A DNA stretch of 34,663 bases from a virus. This document shows positions 7,050-15,403 of this stretch, piece by piece. The stretch lies in UHGV virus genome UHGV-0173140; one strand, 5' to 3'. Below the pieces are notes generated by a model that saw only the letters and a program-made list of their open reading frames with translations, did no database searches and was not told the origin of the DNA. Position 1 is the first letter of the stretch. The number at the start of each line of letters is the position of its first letter. A program made the position numbers and the translations under genes.

Positions 7050-8405
7050 TCAGTCGTCAATAGACGGTAATCCGTCCCCTGCTTTATCAATCCCCGTAAT
7101 TGGTAGACCCGCCTCTTTATATACGTATTCCTGAAGGTCTGGATCTGGGAATACAGGTGCGCCAGCTTGTGCAAGTCGTGCAAGTGCAGTGGTCAACGTT
7201 TCGATACTGTCTTTACTGATCGATCCGGCGCGAATCGACGGGCGGTATTCATCAGGAAATACGTTTAACGACCATAACTGCGGTATCAACTGACGATTAA
7301 CACATTCTACAATGCTGTCAATACGTGATTGCATTGCGCGGATCCACAGTTCAGTACGACTACCCAGATTAGCGTTATTCCCGGTATTACCACCCGTTCC
7401 GAAAAACATGAAATCTGCCAGTAATGCGCGAGCAATACTGGTATCCAGGCGTTTAATCGTCCGGTCAATATCCACAGAACTGGTCTGGTTAGGTGTAACG
7501 AATTCCAGTTTCACCTGTTGTTCACCACCATACGTGGTAACACCTGTTTCGTTATCATAACCCGTGATATACGGTTTAGAATAAATCACCAGTCCTGATT
7601 GTTCATTGCGTTTGATATTGGCAACAATGTTTTCATAATTATCAATCATCGCCTGTGCTGCCTGACGCTGTTGTTCAGGAACATTAGGGTCATTAGCCGC
7701 TTTCTTAATATCTGCGTTAACAGTAATTACCGGGAACCCTGTACCACGTTCGGCAAGTATGGATTCGATTTCCATATTCACTTTTTTGTAGTACCACGGA
7801 CGATAAGCTGTGCGCAGCAGTGATAAACCTTCCGGGTTACCTTTATTCGGACTTGAAATCAAATGAAGCGAACGGTCACGCGTGATTAACGTCGTTGTAC
7901 CCTGGTTAGGTGAACGTTGATAAATACCACGAACATAACCTGTCGGTTCTTCAATGTCCCAGCCAGCAAGCGTTTCAGGTGCTACAGGAACCAGACGGGC
8001 AATACCCACCGTGCCATCATCAAGGTCTTTCACCCAGATGTCATACCAACCCCAGCCAAACACATCAACGTCTGTCCATGTCTGAACGAACGCGGACCAG
8101 GTATCGTCCGGGAGTGCACCACGCGGATCACCCATTTTATTTTCAACAGCATCCTGTAACCATTCTGAATAACGAATAGCTTCTGGATCATCTTTGTCAG
8201 ACGGGTCAAAAATCCACTGTACAGAACGATAAACGCTACTCATAGCGAATAACACACCGCCAATAGTTTCGTCGTTCTCAGCCATCTGACGCAGAATACG
8301 ACGGCCTTGTTTACCGTTCAGCTTAGGAAGGAAATCGTCGTTTACCTGGTTGCCTGTTCGACTGTACCCGGCAACGGCTAGTTGTTCGAATTGTTGATCA
8401 GCCAT
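7050..8405 (-). CDS. putative portal protein
   Basis: 451 aa; size and position between terL and the MuF-like gene on the same strand; no decisive motif, so the call is positional. Confidence 0.5.
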   Translation of the reverse strand: MADQQFEQLAVAGYSRTGNQVNDDFLPKLNGKQGRRILRQMAENDETIGGVLFAMSSVYRSVQWIFDPSDKDDPEAIRYSEWLQDAVENKMGDPRGALPDDTWSAFVQTWTDVDVFGWGWYDIWVKDLDDGTVGIARLVPVAPETLAGWDIEEPTGYVRGIYQRSPNQGTTTLITRDRSLHLISSPNKGNPEGLSLLRTAYRPWYYKKVNMEIESILAERGTGFPVITVNADIKKAANDPNVPEQQRQAAQAMIDNYENIVANIKRNEQSGLVIYSKPYITGYDNETGVTTYGGEQQVKLEFVTPNQTSSVDIDRTIKRLDTSIARALLADFMFFGTGGNTGNNANLGSRTELWIRAMQSRIDSIVECVNRQLIPQLWSLNVFPDEYRPSIRAGSISKDSIETLTTALARLAQAGAPVFPDPDLQEYVYKEAGLPITGIDKAGDGLPSIDD

Positions 8406-8475
8406 GTTCTACAGGCTCCATACGGTTTACGGTTCTTAACGTATGTTATATCAGTGATGGTTTTTTTGCACGGTG

Positions 8476-8517
8476 TTAAAATAATTCTTGACGGATTGCA
8501 AACGTACGATTATGCTT
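8476..8517 (+). promoter_or_regulatory. conserved promoter copy (TTGACG 8488-8493, -10 tatgct)
   Basis: gttaaaataattcttgacggattgcaaa; opposite strand carries TTGCAA facing the portal gene. Confidence 0.5.
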
Positions 8518-8547
8518 TAGTCATCAAATGAACGAAGGGTGATAACT

Positions 8548-8859
8548 ATGAAACCGAATGAAAATATTACACAACTGGATATTGCTTTTGGACCTAAAAA
8601 CATTGCTGAATTTCTCCCGGCGATGGGTAGTATTCCGAAAGAATTTTTCGAAAATTCTAACCCGTGGAATCAGTGGGTCAGCAAATGGTTTTTCAATGGT
8701 CTGAAAGAATACGCGGTTGCTGTTAAAGGTGTGGATTTTAAACAGGCCCACGCACACATCAGCGTGATTCTGGGTAGTTTCGAACCTAAACACGAACATA
8801 AAATTGCCGGGTGTGCATATCTTGCGTCAATGTGGTTTGTACCGGAGACAGTTAAATGA
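8548..8859 (+). CDS. hypothetical protein
   Basis: Track ORF 8539-8859; ATG at 8548. Confidence 0.45.
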   Translation: MKPNENITQLDIAFGPKNIAEFLPAMGSIPKEFFENSNPWNQWVSKWFFNGLKEYAVAVKGVDFKQAHAHISVILGSFEPKHEHKIAGCAYLASMWFVPETVK

Positions 8860-9191
8860 AAATAAATATGAGTAATGGTAAAGTAATAATTGACGGTAGG
8901 GAATTTACAGGACGTAAATTTGAAATTAACGGTGATAAAGTAATTGTTGATGGCATACAGGTTGATGGTAATCTGGTTGGTAACATATCGATCAGTGTTT
9001 ATGGTGATGTTGAATCCATTGAAACGACTAACGGTGAAGTTAACATTTCAGGAAACAGTGGAGATATCAAAACGGTTAATGGTAATGTTTCTGTTACTGG
9101 GGATAGCGGTAATATCAAAACAGTTAATGGAAATATTACTACAAAGTCATGTACTAATTCACATTCTATCAACGGTATCATCCGTAACTGA
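8856..9191 (+). CDS. repetitive beta-strand (beta-helix-like) protein
   Basis: Repeated G(D/N)-hydrophobic-alternating pattern: NGEVNISGNSGDIKTVNGNVSVTGDSGNIKTVNGNITT. Confidence 0.45.
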   Translation: MKINMSNGKVIIDGREFTGRKFEINGDKVIVDGIQVDGNLVGNISISVYGDVESIETTNGEVNISGNSGDIKTVNGNVSVTGDSGNIKTVNGNITTKSCTNSHSINGIIRN

Positions 9192-9203
9192 GGAAGAACA
9201 ATC

Positions 9204-9539
9204 ATGAACCATGTAAATGCTATTCGTTGTAATGATGAATATCAATGTTCGCATTGTGGTAAATCGTGGGATATCCACGAAGAAGCACCAGATTGTAAAA
9301 TGACACTGGCTAGTGCAGACGTGTATAAAACGGTCAATTATTTTGGTTTGTCTTTAACTGTTCCTGAAGATATTGACTATATAGCCACGAATAGTTACGG
9401 GGTTGTTTACGGGTATTTTAGTGAACCAGAACTCTGTGATGAATTTTGGGATAATCGTCGTTACGGTATCCCAAAAGTGAGGCTTGCAACTGTAAACCTA
9501 CACGGTCTGGACTGGACGGAGACTCTAAGAGAATGTTAA
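9204..9539 (+). CDS. hypothetical protein
   Basis: Track ORF with SD gaggaag; Cys-containing N-terminus. Confidence 0.45.
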   Translation: MNHVNAIRCNDEYQCSHCGKSWDIHEEAPDCKMTLASADVYKTVNYFGLSLTVPEDIDYIATNSYGVVYGYFSEPELCDEFWDNRRYGIPKVRLATVNLHGLDWTETLREC

Positions 9540-9699
9540 TTGGTTATGTACTGGTGCTTGTTCTGCATGGTGTGACTATTGAACCTGTGACAGAACGCAT
9601 CATGACGTTCGAACAGTGTCAGGGTGCGTTACAAGCTGAACAGGCTTACAACCCTGATAAAATTTACGGGTGTGCTGAAGTTTATCGGGACTAATAATT

Positions 9700-9975
9700 A
9701 TGGAATACATGTATATTGTTTTCTCACTTCTGTTAATGATTGTTGTCGTTATTACAACTGAGAAAAAAGAACAAGGGGTGATAGGGTTAGCAGTTGCTCT
9801 GATTCGTGTTCTTTCAATCATGTTGCTGGTAACCAGTTTTTCAATTGCTTTTGACATCGTAGAATTACAAAGCGATTATTACGGTTTTGTGAAACTTCAA
9901 CATCAGCTAACATACGCCGTCATATTCGGTTTAGGTTCTGTTAGCCTCGCTGTTCTTTCATCTTTCAGACGTTGA
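9700..9975 (+). CDS. small membrane protein (about 3 TM helices)
   Basis: Hydrophobic segments IVFSLLLMIVVVI, LAVALIRVLSIMLLV, AVIFGLGSVSLAVL. Confidence 0.5.
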   Translation: MEYMYIVFSLLLMIVVVITTEKKEQGVIGLAVALIRVLSIMLLVTSFSIAFDIVELQSDYYGFVKLQHQLTYAVIFGLGSVSLAVLSSFRR

Positions 9976-10000
9976 AAAAAGCCCCGGACAGTTCCGGGGC
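9975..10000 (-). terminator. rho-independent terminator for the minus-strand operon (gccccgga-cagt-tccggggc, T-run on minus strand)
   Basis: Hairpin 9981-10000; plus-strand aaaaaa at 9975-9980 is the minus-strand U-tract. Confidence 0.6.
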
Positions 10001-10008
10001 AAAGTCGA

Positions 10009-10158
10009 TCAGTAAAACGTGAACGCGGAAAACTGTAATGGTACTATGAACGGACTGGTAAACCCTCTGAAAACGGCCTGAGTATGTGCAATCTGTGACT
10101 GAAGAAGACCAAATTGCGTAGCAGGACTTCCCAGACAACACGATGTTCTACAACACAT
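10009..10158 (-). CDS. small Cys-rich hypothetical peptide (49 aa)
   Basis: ATG with strong aaggggg SD; MCCRTSCCLGSPATQF...; lies between the last operon gene and the terminator. Confidence 0.3.
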   Translation of the reverse strand: MCCRTSCCLGSPATQFGLLQSQIAHTQAVFRGFTSPFIVPLQFSAFTFY

Positions 10159-10173
10159 AATAACCCCCTTTTT

Positions 10174-10428
10174 TTACGATTTTTCTGACTCTTTAAGACC
10201 TAAAACGGCAATTACTTTCACAGCGATACGTTGCGCCAGGTCTAACTGTTGCTGACTTAATTTCCCGGTAGTCATCACTGCCATGATCCCACTCATTGAA
10301 CCCAACGCTTTAAAATCGTTAAATGCCGACTTCATGATCACTTCTTGACTGTGACCTTCGTCTACGATTACGTGTGCGCGTAACCCCAGACTTTCGACTA
10401 CTTTGTCTACCCCTTCATTCTTCGTCAT
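10174..10428 (-). CDS. hypothetical protein
   Basis: Track ORF; last long gene of the minus-strand operon. Confidence 0.45.
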   Translation of the reverse strand: MTKNEGVDKVVESLGLRAHVIVDEGHSQEVIMKSAFNDFKALGSMSGIMAVMTTGKLSQQQLDLAQRIAVKVIAVLGLKESEKS

Positions 10429-10918
10429 CTTCGTTTACCTTATTTTTGGCTACTTTTGGTTGCTCACGAGGATCATTCATCGGGGGCCACGGGCTGATAT
10501 TTTCACGAGTTTCCACAGGTTCAGGTTCTGTACCTAAAAACTTACTGACAAATTCACCAGCAAAATGTGAAGTGTCGCTGACATAAACATGCATCCTGTC
10601 CAAATCAGCCTGACTAATTGAATTAGGTGCAATATTAATTTTAAATTGATGGAAACCAACATACATCACATTAACAGGTCGTTCGATTGTCCCCGGTGTC
10701 GGGGGAATCACACCCAAAATCCAACAGTAATGAAAACGACCATCACCCATCGGTTCACAACCAGCGTTAAGCCAGCTTACCTTCGGATGAGGAAACATTG
10801 TTGTTGAGTCAGTGGCATCCCGACGTAATGACCACTCCACACCACCAATGTTAATAGTGCTTCGCGGTTTCATACCGTTAAACTGGGTGACACCCATACC
10901 TGCGTTAATATTCTGCAT
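10415..10918 (-). CDS. hypothetical protein
   Basis: 167-aa track ORF; acidic C-terminal tail NEDDEE. Confidence 0.45.
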   Translation of the reverse strand: MQNINAGMGVTQFNGMKPRSTINIGGVEWSLRRDATDSTTMFPHPKVSWLNAGCEPMGDGRFHYCWILGVIPPTPGTIERPVNVMYVGFHQFKINIAPNSISQADLDRMHVYVSDTSHFAGEFVSKFLGTEPEPVETRENISPWPPMNDPREQPKVAKNKVNEDDEE

Positions 10919-10934
10919 GTCGGTTTCCTGTTAG

Positions 10935-11294
10935 TTACATCTTTTTAAGTGCGTGGATACAGGCTGCAGCCAGATCTGTTAGCTCTTTTTTAATACCAGA
11001 CGTCGAACCTTCGGTTTTTTCTTCCATCAGTTCGCGATATTCCATTTCAACAATGGACATCATCCCGCCGGGCTTATCGTGGTACGACGCCCAAGTCGAA
11101 GGAGGGTTATCCATACGTGCTTTAACATGGGCCATAACTGAACCATGTTCGCTAACAGAGCTATCATGATGAAATACTCCCATCGTGTCCGGGTGATGCC
11201 CGTGGTGATAATGATGGTGGTGATGAATTTCTACATCTTCCTCTTCATCGTCATCATCGTCTTTTTTGATAACGTAATACGGTTTGTAATGCAT
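10935..11294 (-). CDS. His-rich acidic protein
   Basis: KKDDDDDEEEDVEIHHHHHYHHGHHPD...FHHD; 119 aa. Confidence 0.5.
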   Translation of the reverse strand: MHYKPYYVIKKDDDDDEEEDVEIHHHHHYHHGHHPDTMGVFHHDSSVSEHGSVMAHVKARMDNPPSTWASYHDKPGGMMSIVEMEYRELMEEKTEGSTSGIKKELTDLAAACIHALKKM

Positions 11295-11344
11295 ACTCTC
11301 ATCTCCTGTTAAAGCGCCCCGTACAGAGGCGCTTAGTTGACCAA

Positions 11345-12043
11345 TTAGCAGCAGCCAGTCGGTGGAGTTTGCGGAGTAGGCAGCTTGAAGTTAATAAGCT
11401 GATCGACCTGGTTAATTTTGCACGCCAACTGAGACGTTTGTGACAATTGAGACAACTGGAAGTCACGGGTTTGAATCTGAGATTTCAGGTCACAAATCAG
11501 AACAGCCTGAGACTGTGCGAACTGGTCACGGATCAGTGCACGAGTTGCTTCCGCTTGACGTTCAATGTTCAGGTTGGTTTCGCAGCAACACTTCTCAGCC
11601 GCTAACTGTGCCTGGAAAGAACGAGTCAGTGCCGCAGTTTCAGATGCACAGATCGCATTGGTCACAGTGTTAGTACCCTGTTGAATCTGCGTGTTCAGAC
11701 CTGCAAAACCTTGAACGTTTGCCAGCAGGTTTTGTGTGTTCTGTTGGGTCAGACCGTTATAGGTAGAAGCTGCTGAGCGTTCAACAGTCAGGTTAGTACC
11801 ATTCTGACCCTGAATGTTAGCAAGTGACGCCGCATTAATAGCCTGAAGAATAGCGTTAGTATCCAGAGAGTTCTGAACAACAACACCTTCAGCAGCACCA
11901 ATACCACGACCACCCCAACCACCGCCACCACCCCAGCCATTACCGAACCAGGAACCGATAAGACCGCCGATACCACCACCAAGTGCAGCCGCGCCAGCTT
12001 CACCGCCGAAACCGCCAGTGGGAACTAAAGTCATGTCAGACAT
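11345..12043 (-). CDS. Gly-rich / Gln-Asn-Thr-rich protein with C-terminal Cys residues
   Basis: N-terminus GGFGGEAGAAALGGGIGGLIGSWFGNGWGGGGGWGGRG; C-terminus ends TGCC; aggag SD. Confidence 0.5.
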   Translation of the reverse strand: MSDMTLVPTGGFGGEAGAAALGGGIGGLIGSWFGNGWGGGGGWGGRGIGAAEGVVVQNSLDTNAILQAINAASLANIQGQNGTNLTVERSAASTYNGLTQQNTQNLLANVQGFAGLNTQIQQGTNTVTNAICASETAALTRSFQAQLAAEKCCCETNLNIERQAEATRALIRDQFAQSQAVLICDLKSQIQTRDFQLSQLSQTSQLACKINQVDQLINFKLPTPQTPPTGCC

Positions 12044-12050
12044 GTTGAAA

Positions 12051-12101
12051 CTCCTGTGAGAGAATGTTAATTAACTGTAACCGATCGGTTACTTACAGGA
12101 G
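12051..12101 (-). promoter_or_regulatory. 5' leader stem-loop able to sequester the SD of the Gly-rich gene; contains 16-bp perfect palindrome gtaaccgatcggttac (12077-12092)
   Basis: Arms ctcctgt (12051-12057) and acaggag (12095-12101) are complementary; one arm carries the aggag SD. Confidence 0.4.
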
Positions 12102-12127
12102 TATAAACGCGTTACATTAATCTAACA

Positions 12128-12175
12128 GATAATTTACAAACATTTATAATGTAATTTGTCAAGAATTAAAAAAGA
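12128..12175 (-). promoter_or_regulatory. conserved promoter copy, minus strand (TTGACA; reverse complement of 12157-12162)
   Basis: Reverse complement reads ttttttaattcttgacaaattacat; -10 element uncertain. Confidence 0.45.
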
Positions 12176-12198
12176 AAACAGGCGGGAATAATCCCGCC
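12163..12198 (-). terminator. rho-independent terminator after terL (ggcggga-ataa-tcccgcc plus T-run on minus strand)
   Basis: Hairpin 12181-12198; minus-strand tgttttctttttt follows. Confidence 0.55.
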
Positions 12199-12205
12199 AC
12201 ACTGT

Positions 12206-13969
12206 TTAAAAAATGTCACCGTATTCAGGAGTACCAACAGGATTCACACCACCAGTAAATGGTTCTTCAACGAATTCGGTACGTTTTGGTGATAGTGCAA
12301 TAACCGCAGCATCGAAAAAGTTTGGCGACTTACTTCCATTTGGTTTTTTGTCGATCACAATCTTCCCGGCACCGTTACTGGTATATGTTGGCTGACTTAA
12401 CTCAGCTTCTAACCGTTGTGCATTTTCCAGTGACGGATCAATCAGAATGATTTCGTCCGGATCCTGTGGTTGACCTTCCACATACCATTTATAAATTCGC
12501 TGACATCGCAGACGTAACGCCCACGATGCCTGTGCTTTATAATTTGAAAAATAATCTTTGTTTGATTTACGGTCTTTGTCACCAGGTTTCGTACCACCGA
12601 TAATATCACCGCCCGGATCCACAACTTTTCCATTCGGTAACCACGGGCGCACACGGAAGCGTAAAGTATCTTTCCGGTCGTTTGCCGCTACTTTAACGCC
12701 TGTACCAACACCGTTAACTTCGTACCAGTATTCATCAACACCCAGCATATTAGCCATCGTCAACATCCCTGGTGCAGCCAGTTCAGCGCCCCTGTGGTCA
12801 AGCTGCAAATGTGTCAGGAATACACCGTGAGCAATTACCAGTGCGCTTGCGTCTTCACCACCGTCTGCGGCATCCTGTCCGGCGATACGTTGACCTGTTG
12901 GTGTAAGTAGTCCGTTAGCTTTACGCCATTCTGTGTCACGGAAAGCATCAAAAGCAGCGCGCACCCATTCAGCTTTAATCAGTACACCCTGAACAGCAGC
13001 GGCATAATCGCGGTCAACTTCCTGTGCGAAAATATGCTGTAAACCTTTTTCAGCGAACGATTGTTTTTCTCGTTTATACCATTCGTCGTCTTTAGCCGGG
13101 TGATCACGCCAGTCCAGAACCATGACACGCAATTTACCACGGGGTAATTTCTTACCCGGTTCCCATTCCAAACCAGCTTTACGATTACGATAAAAAACGT
13201 TACCAACACCGTTAACTGAACTGATGTCGATACGAACGTTGGTGTTAGCTGACAATGACGCTTCAATCAGTTCAGGACGATCTACGTGTGCCGCTTCATC
13301 CAAGAAATAGACAGACTTACGACCACCACGACCAATATTGTCACCAGCTTCACCAGTAATTGTTGCACCGTTTTCTGGGTTGATACATTTCATGTAAACC
13401 AGATGGTCTTTTTCACGCAGACCAACAGGACGTAATTCCGGTGGTAATGCGCGAATAATCTGGCGAATCTTTTCAAAAATACTATCAGGGTCGCCCAGCT
13501 TATCGACAAGCTGTTCTTTACGTGAACCCCAGCCAACTGAAGAACCAGGACGATACAGCCACGCCCACACGGACAAACCACAGGCTACCCAGGTCGCGCC
13601 ATAATCTCGCGATTTTTCCCAAAGCCCTTTTTCTTTGTCTTCAAGTGCTTCATAAACAAACTGAACCATGTCAATCTGACGTTCGAAAAGGCAGAAAGGC
13701 ATGTTGGGTGGATATTCAGTACCAACATTACGCGGGTCATAAGTAAACGCCCAGTCCAGAATGAACGCTACCGGGTTTGTTTCGTAATATTTTTTCAATA
13801 CCGGGACAATTGCCCGATCCGTGCGCATACGATTTAACAGGTTAATACGGTCAATGTAACACTGTTTGTAATCCGGTCGTGGCTGACCTTTTCGCCAGAT
13901 ACGTTCGTCATTTGCGTAGGCATCACGCCAGCGCGTGTAATTATGAACATTTCCAGTAAACTTATTCAT
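12206..13969 (-). CDS. terL: terminase large subunit
   Basis: Walker A-like KSRDYGAT, Walker B VYFLDEAAH and a C-terminal nuclease-like region; start set at MNKFTG (13969) because the longer track ORF (to 14194) would run through the plus-strand promoter at 14032. Confidence 0.8.
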   Translation of the reverse strand: MNKFTGNVHNYTRWRDAYANDERIWRKGQPRPDYKQCYIDRINLLNRMRTDRAIVPVLKKYYETNPVAFILDWAFTYDPRNVGTEYPPNMPFCLFERQIDMVQFVYEALEDKEKGLWEKSRDYGATWVACGLSVWAWLYRPGSSVGWGSRKEQLVDKLGDPDSIFEKIRQIIRALPPELRPVGLREKDHLVYMKCINPENGATITGEAGDNIGRGGRKSVYFLDEAAHVDRPELIEASLSANTNVRIDISSVNGVGNVFYRNRKAGLEWEPGKKLPRGKLRVMVLDWRDHPAKDDEWYKREKQSFAEKGLQHIFAQEVDRDYAAAVQGVLIKAEWVRAAFDAFRDTEWRKANGLLTPTGQRIAGQDAADGGEDASALVIAHGVFLTHLQLDHRGAELAAPGMLTMANMLGVDEYWYEVNGVGTGVKVAANDRKDTLRFRVRPWLPNGKVVDPGGDIIGGTKPGDKDRKSNKDYFSNYKAQASWALRLRCQRIYKWYVEGQPQDPDEIILIDPSLENAQRLEAELSQPTYTSNGAGKIVIDKKPNGSKSPNFFDAAVIALSPKRTEFVEEPFTGGVNPVGTPEYGDIF

Positions 13970-14031
13970 GATTATCGGTCCGTTTGTAACTATTCTGTAC
14001 AGTTTACCACGGGTGATTGGTGGTGACAGAG

Positions 14032-14074
14032 ATTTAAAATAATTCTTGATAGATTGCTCATGTATCTGTATAGT
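14032..14074 (+). promoter_or_regulatory. conserved promoter copy (TTGATA 14045-14050, -10 tatagt 14068-14073)
   Basis: gatttaaaataattcttgatagattgc; followed by a ~220-nt leader. Confidence 0.5.
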
Positions 14075-14303
14075 TGTTGTCATAGACAAGATACCTGACC
14101 AAGTATGTAGTAACCCGGAATTGTCCGGCTGAAGATACCGCTGATTGTCAGGCGCTACGGTGAGTATAAAGCGTAACTCACCCCACGAAATCACACACTA
14201 TGCATCATCTGGTTGGATGGTGGTTCCTGCGGGGATTGTGAAATTAGTTGCGACGGGTTGAAGAGATATCTTGTCACTAAACAAAAACAAGAGGGTCGTG
14301 AGT

Positions 14304-14990
14304 ATGAATATTGTTAACAGCTTGATGAAAGACTTACTTATTTCCGGTGGTTGGTCTGAAAGCTGTGTACAGATGTATCAACATGATTATGTAAAACCGA
14401 ATATTATTGAAACATACATTCAAGAAAACAAAAACAAGAGAGTCATGAGTATGAAAATCACTAAACAAGAACTGAAAAATTTTGGTGCATGTCAGGAAGG
14501 TTTTAAACGTTTCATCATTCAGACTAACAACACTGACGAACCTGTTGAAGTTATTAGTCTAATCGGTGGCAAAAATACCGTTTCAGACTTGTTATGGTTA
14601 GCCGGGAAAATCTTACCAAAAGAAAAAATCGTTCGGTTCGCTTGCGATTGTGCTTTGTTGAACATTGAATTAATTCGACCTTATACGAATGACTTTAATC
14701 TGATTCAGGATTTTCTTAATAACCCGTCACAAAATGCTGCTCGTGATGCTGCTGATGCTGCTCGTGCTGCTGCTGCTGATGCTGCTGATGCTGCTCGTGC
14801 TGCTGCTGTTGCTGCTGCGTATGCTGCTCGTGCTGCTGCTGTTGCTGCTGCTGCGTATGCTGCTCGTGCTGCTGATGCTGCGTATGCTGCTGCTGCTGCG
14901 TATGCTGCTCGTGCTGCTGCTGCTGCTCGTGCTGCTGCTGCTGCTCGTGCTGATATTAACAAACTGTTGGTGAAACTTTTCACTGAGTAA
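14304..14990 (+). CDS. hypothetical protein with C-terminal Ala-rich (AARxAAD/Y) low-complexity repeats
   Basis: ATG 14304 (track 14271, TTG); the leader aaaaacaagag(g/a)gtc(g/a)tgagtATG is duplicated in frame at 14430-14453; C-terminal ~70 residues encoded by GCT-rich repeats. Confidence 0.5.
   Translation: MNIVNSLMKDLLISGGWSESCVQMYQHDYVKPNIIETYIQENKNKRVMSMKITKQELKNFGACQEGFKRFIIQTNNTDEPVEVISLIGGKNTVSDLLWLAGKILPKEKIVRFACDCALLNIELIRPYTNDFNLIQDFLNNPSQNAARDAADAARAAAADAADAARAAAVAAAYAARAAAVAAAAYAARAADAAYAAAAAYAARAAAAARAAAAARADINKLLVKLFTE
14735..14952. repeat. imperfect trinucleotide-type repeat (gct gct cgt/gat/tat) about 220 bp
   Basis: Direct reading; produces open shadow frames on both strands (track ORFs 14705-15112 and 14734-14973). 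Confidence 0.8.
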
Positions 14991-15012
14991 AAATTACTGG
15001 AGCGCGTCGAAC

Positions 15013-15195
15013 ATGGGCGATAAACCAACTCTGACACCGTGGCGGATCCGTTTAAATGGTGATGACGTTGCGACGATTTACGCTTATCAGGATAAACCAC
15101 GAAATTTAGCACTGGGGCAATACGCGCAATTATTCATGTTATCGTCCTGGCAGATTGTGCAACAAGCATTGGGGAAGATTAAAAGGGGTTATTGA
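15013..15195 (+). CDS. hypothetical protein
   Basis: Track ORF with ggag SD. Confidence 0.4.
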   Translation: MGDKPTLTPWRIRLNGDDVATIYAYQDKPRNLALGQYAQLFMLSSWQIVQQALGKIKRGY

Positions 15196-15198
15196 AAT

Positions 15199-15360
15199 AT
15201 GAAGATATTTCTCAAACGATTATTATGCAAACACGAATGGTATTTATATCGTACTATCCACGGGGATGAACGTAACTATGCCACGCAAGAACACCGTTGC
15301 AAATTGTGTGGTAAACATCGCTATTCGGGCGGTAATTATAATGTGAAACATTTGTCATAA
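15199..15360 (+). CDS. small Cys-containing protein (53 aa)
   Basis: ATG 15199 with aaagggg SD; CKHEW...CKLCGKH. Confidence 0.35.
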   Translation: MKIFLKRLLCKHEWYLYRTIHGDERNYATQEHRCKLCGKHRYSGGNYNVKHLS

Positions 15361-15403
15361 ATCCGGGCGCGTACTGTTCACCACGAATGATGAACGGACC
15401 GCT

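Noticed and set aside
9554-9694. Possible small ORF (GTG 9554 or ATG 9602) between 9539 and 9700
   Set aside because: No SD before either start; kept out of the feature list though a short peptide cannot be excluded.
10001-10173. Possible tRNA or CRISPR element in the 170-bp untranslated stretch
   Set aside because: No T-loop or anticodon-stem pattern and no repeat-spacer structure; a small ORF or 3' UTR fits better.
12213-13746. Several 60-95-aa track ORFs antisense to or out of frame within terL
   Set aside because: Embedded in a long, motif-supported coding frame; typical spurious ORFs.
14705-15112. Minus-strand ORF and the Leu-rich plus-strand ORF 14734-14973 across the Ala-repeat
   Set aside because: Shadow frames kept open by the gct-type trinucleotide repeat; the sense gene 14304-14990 explains the region.
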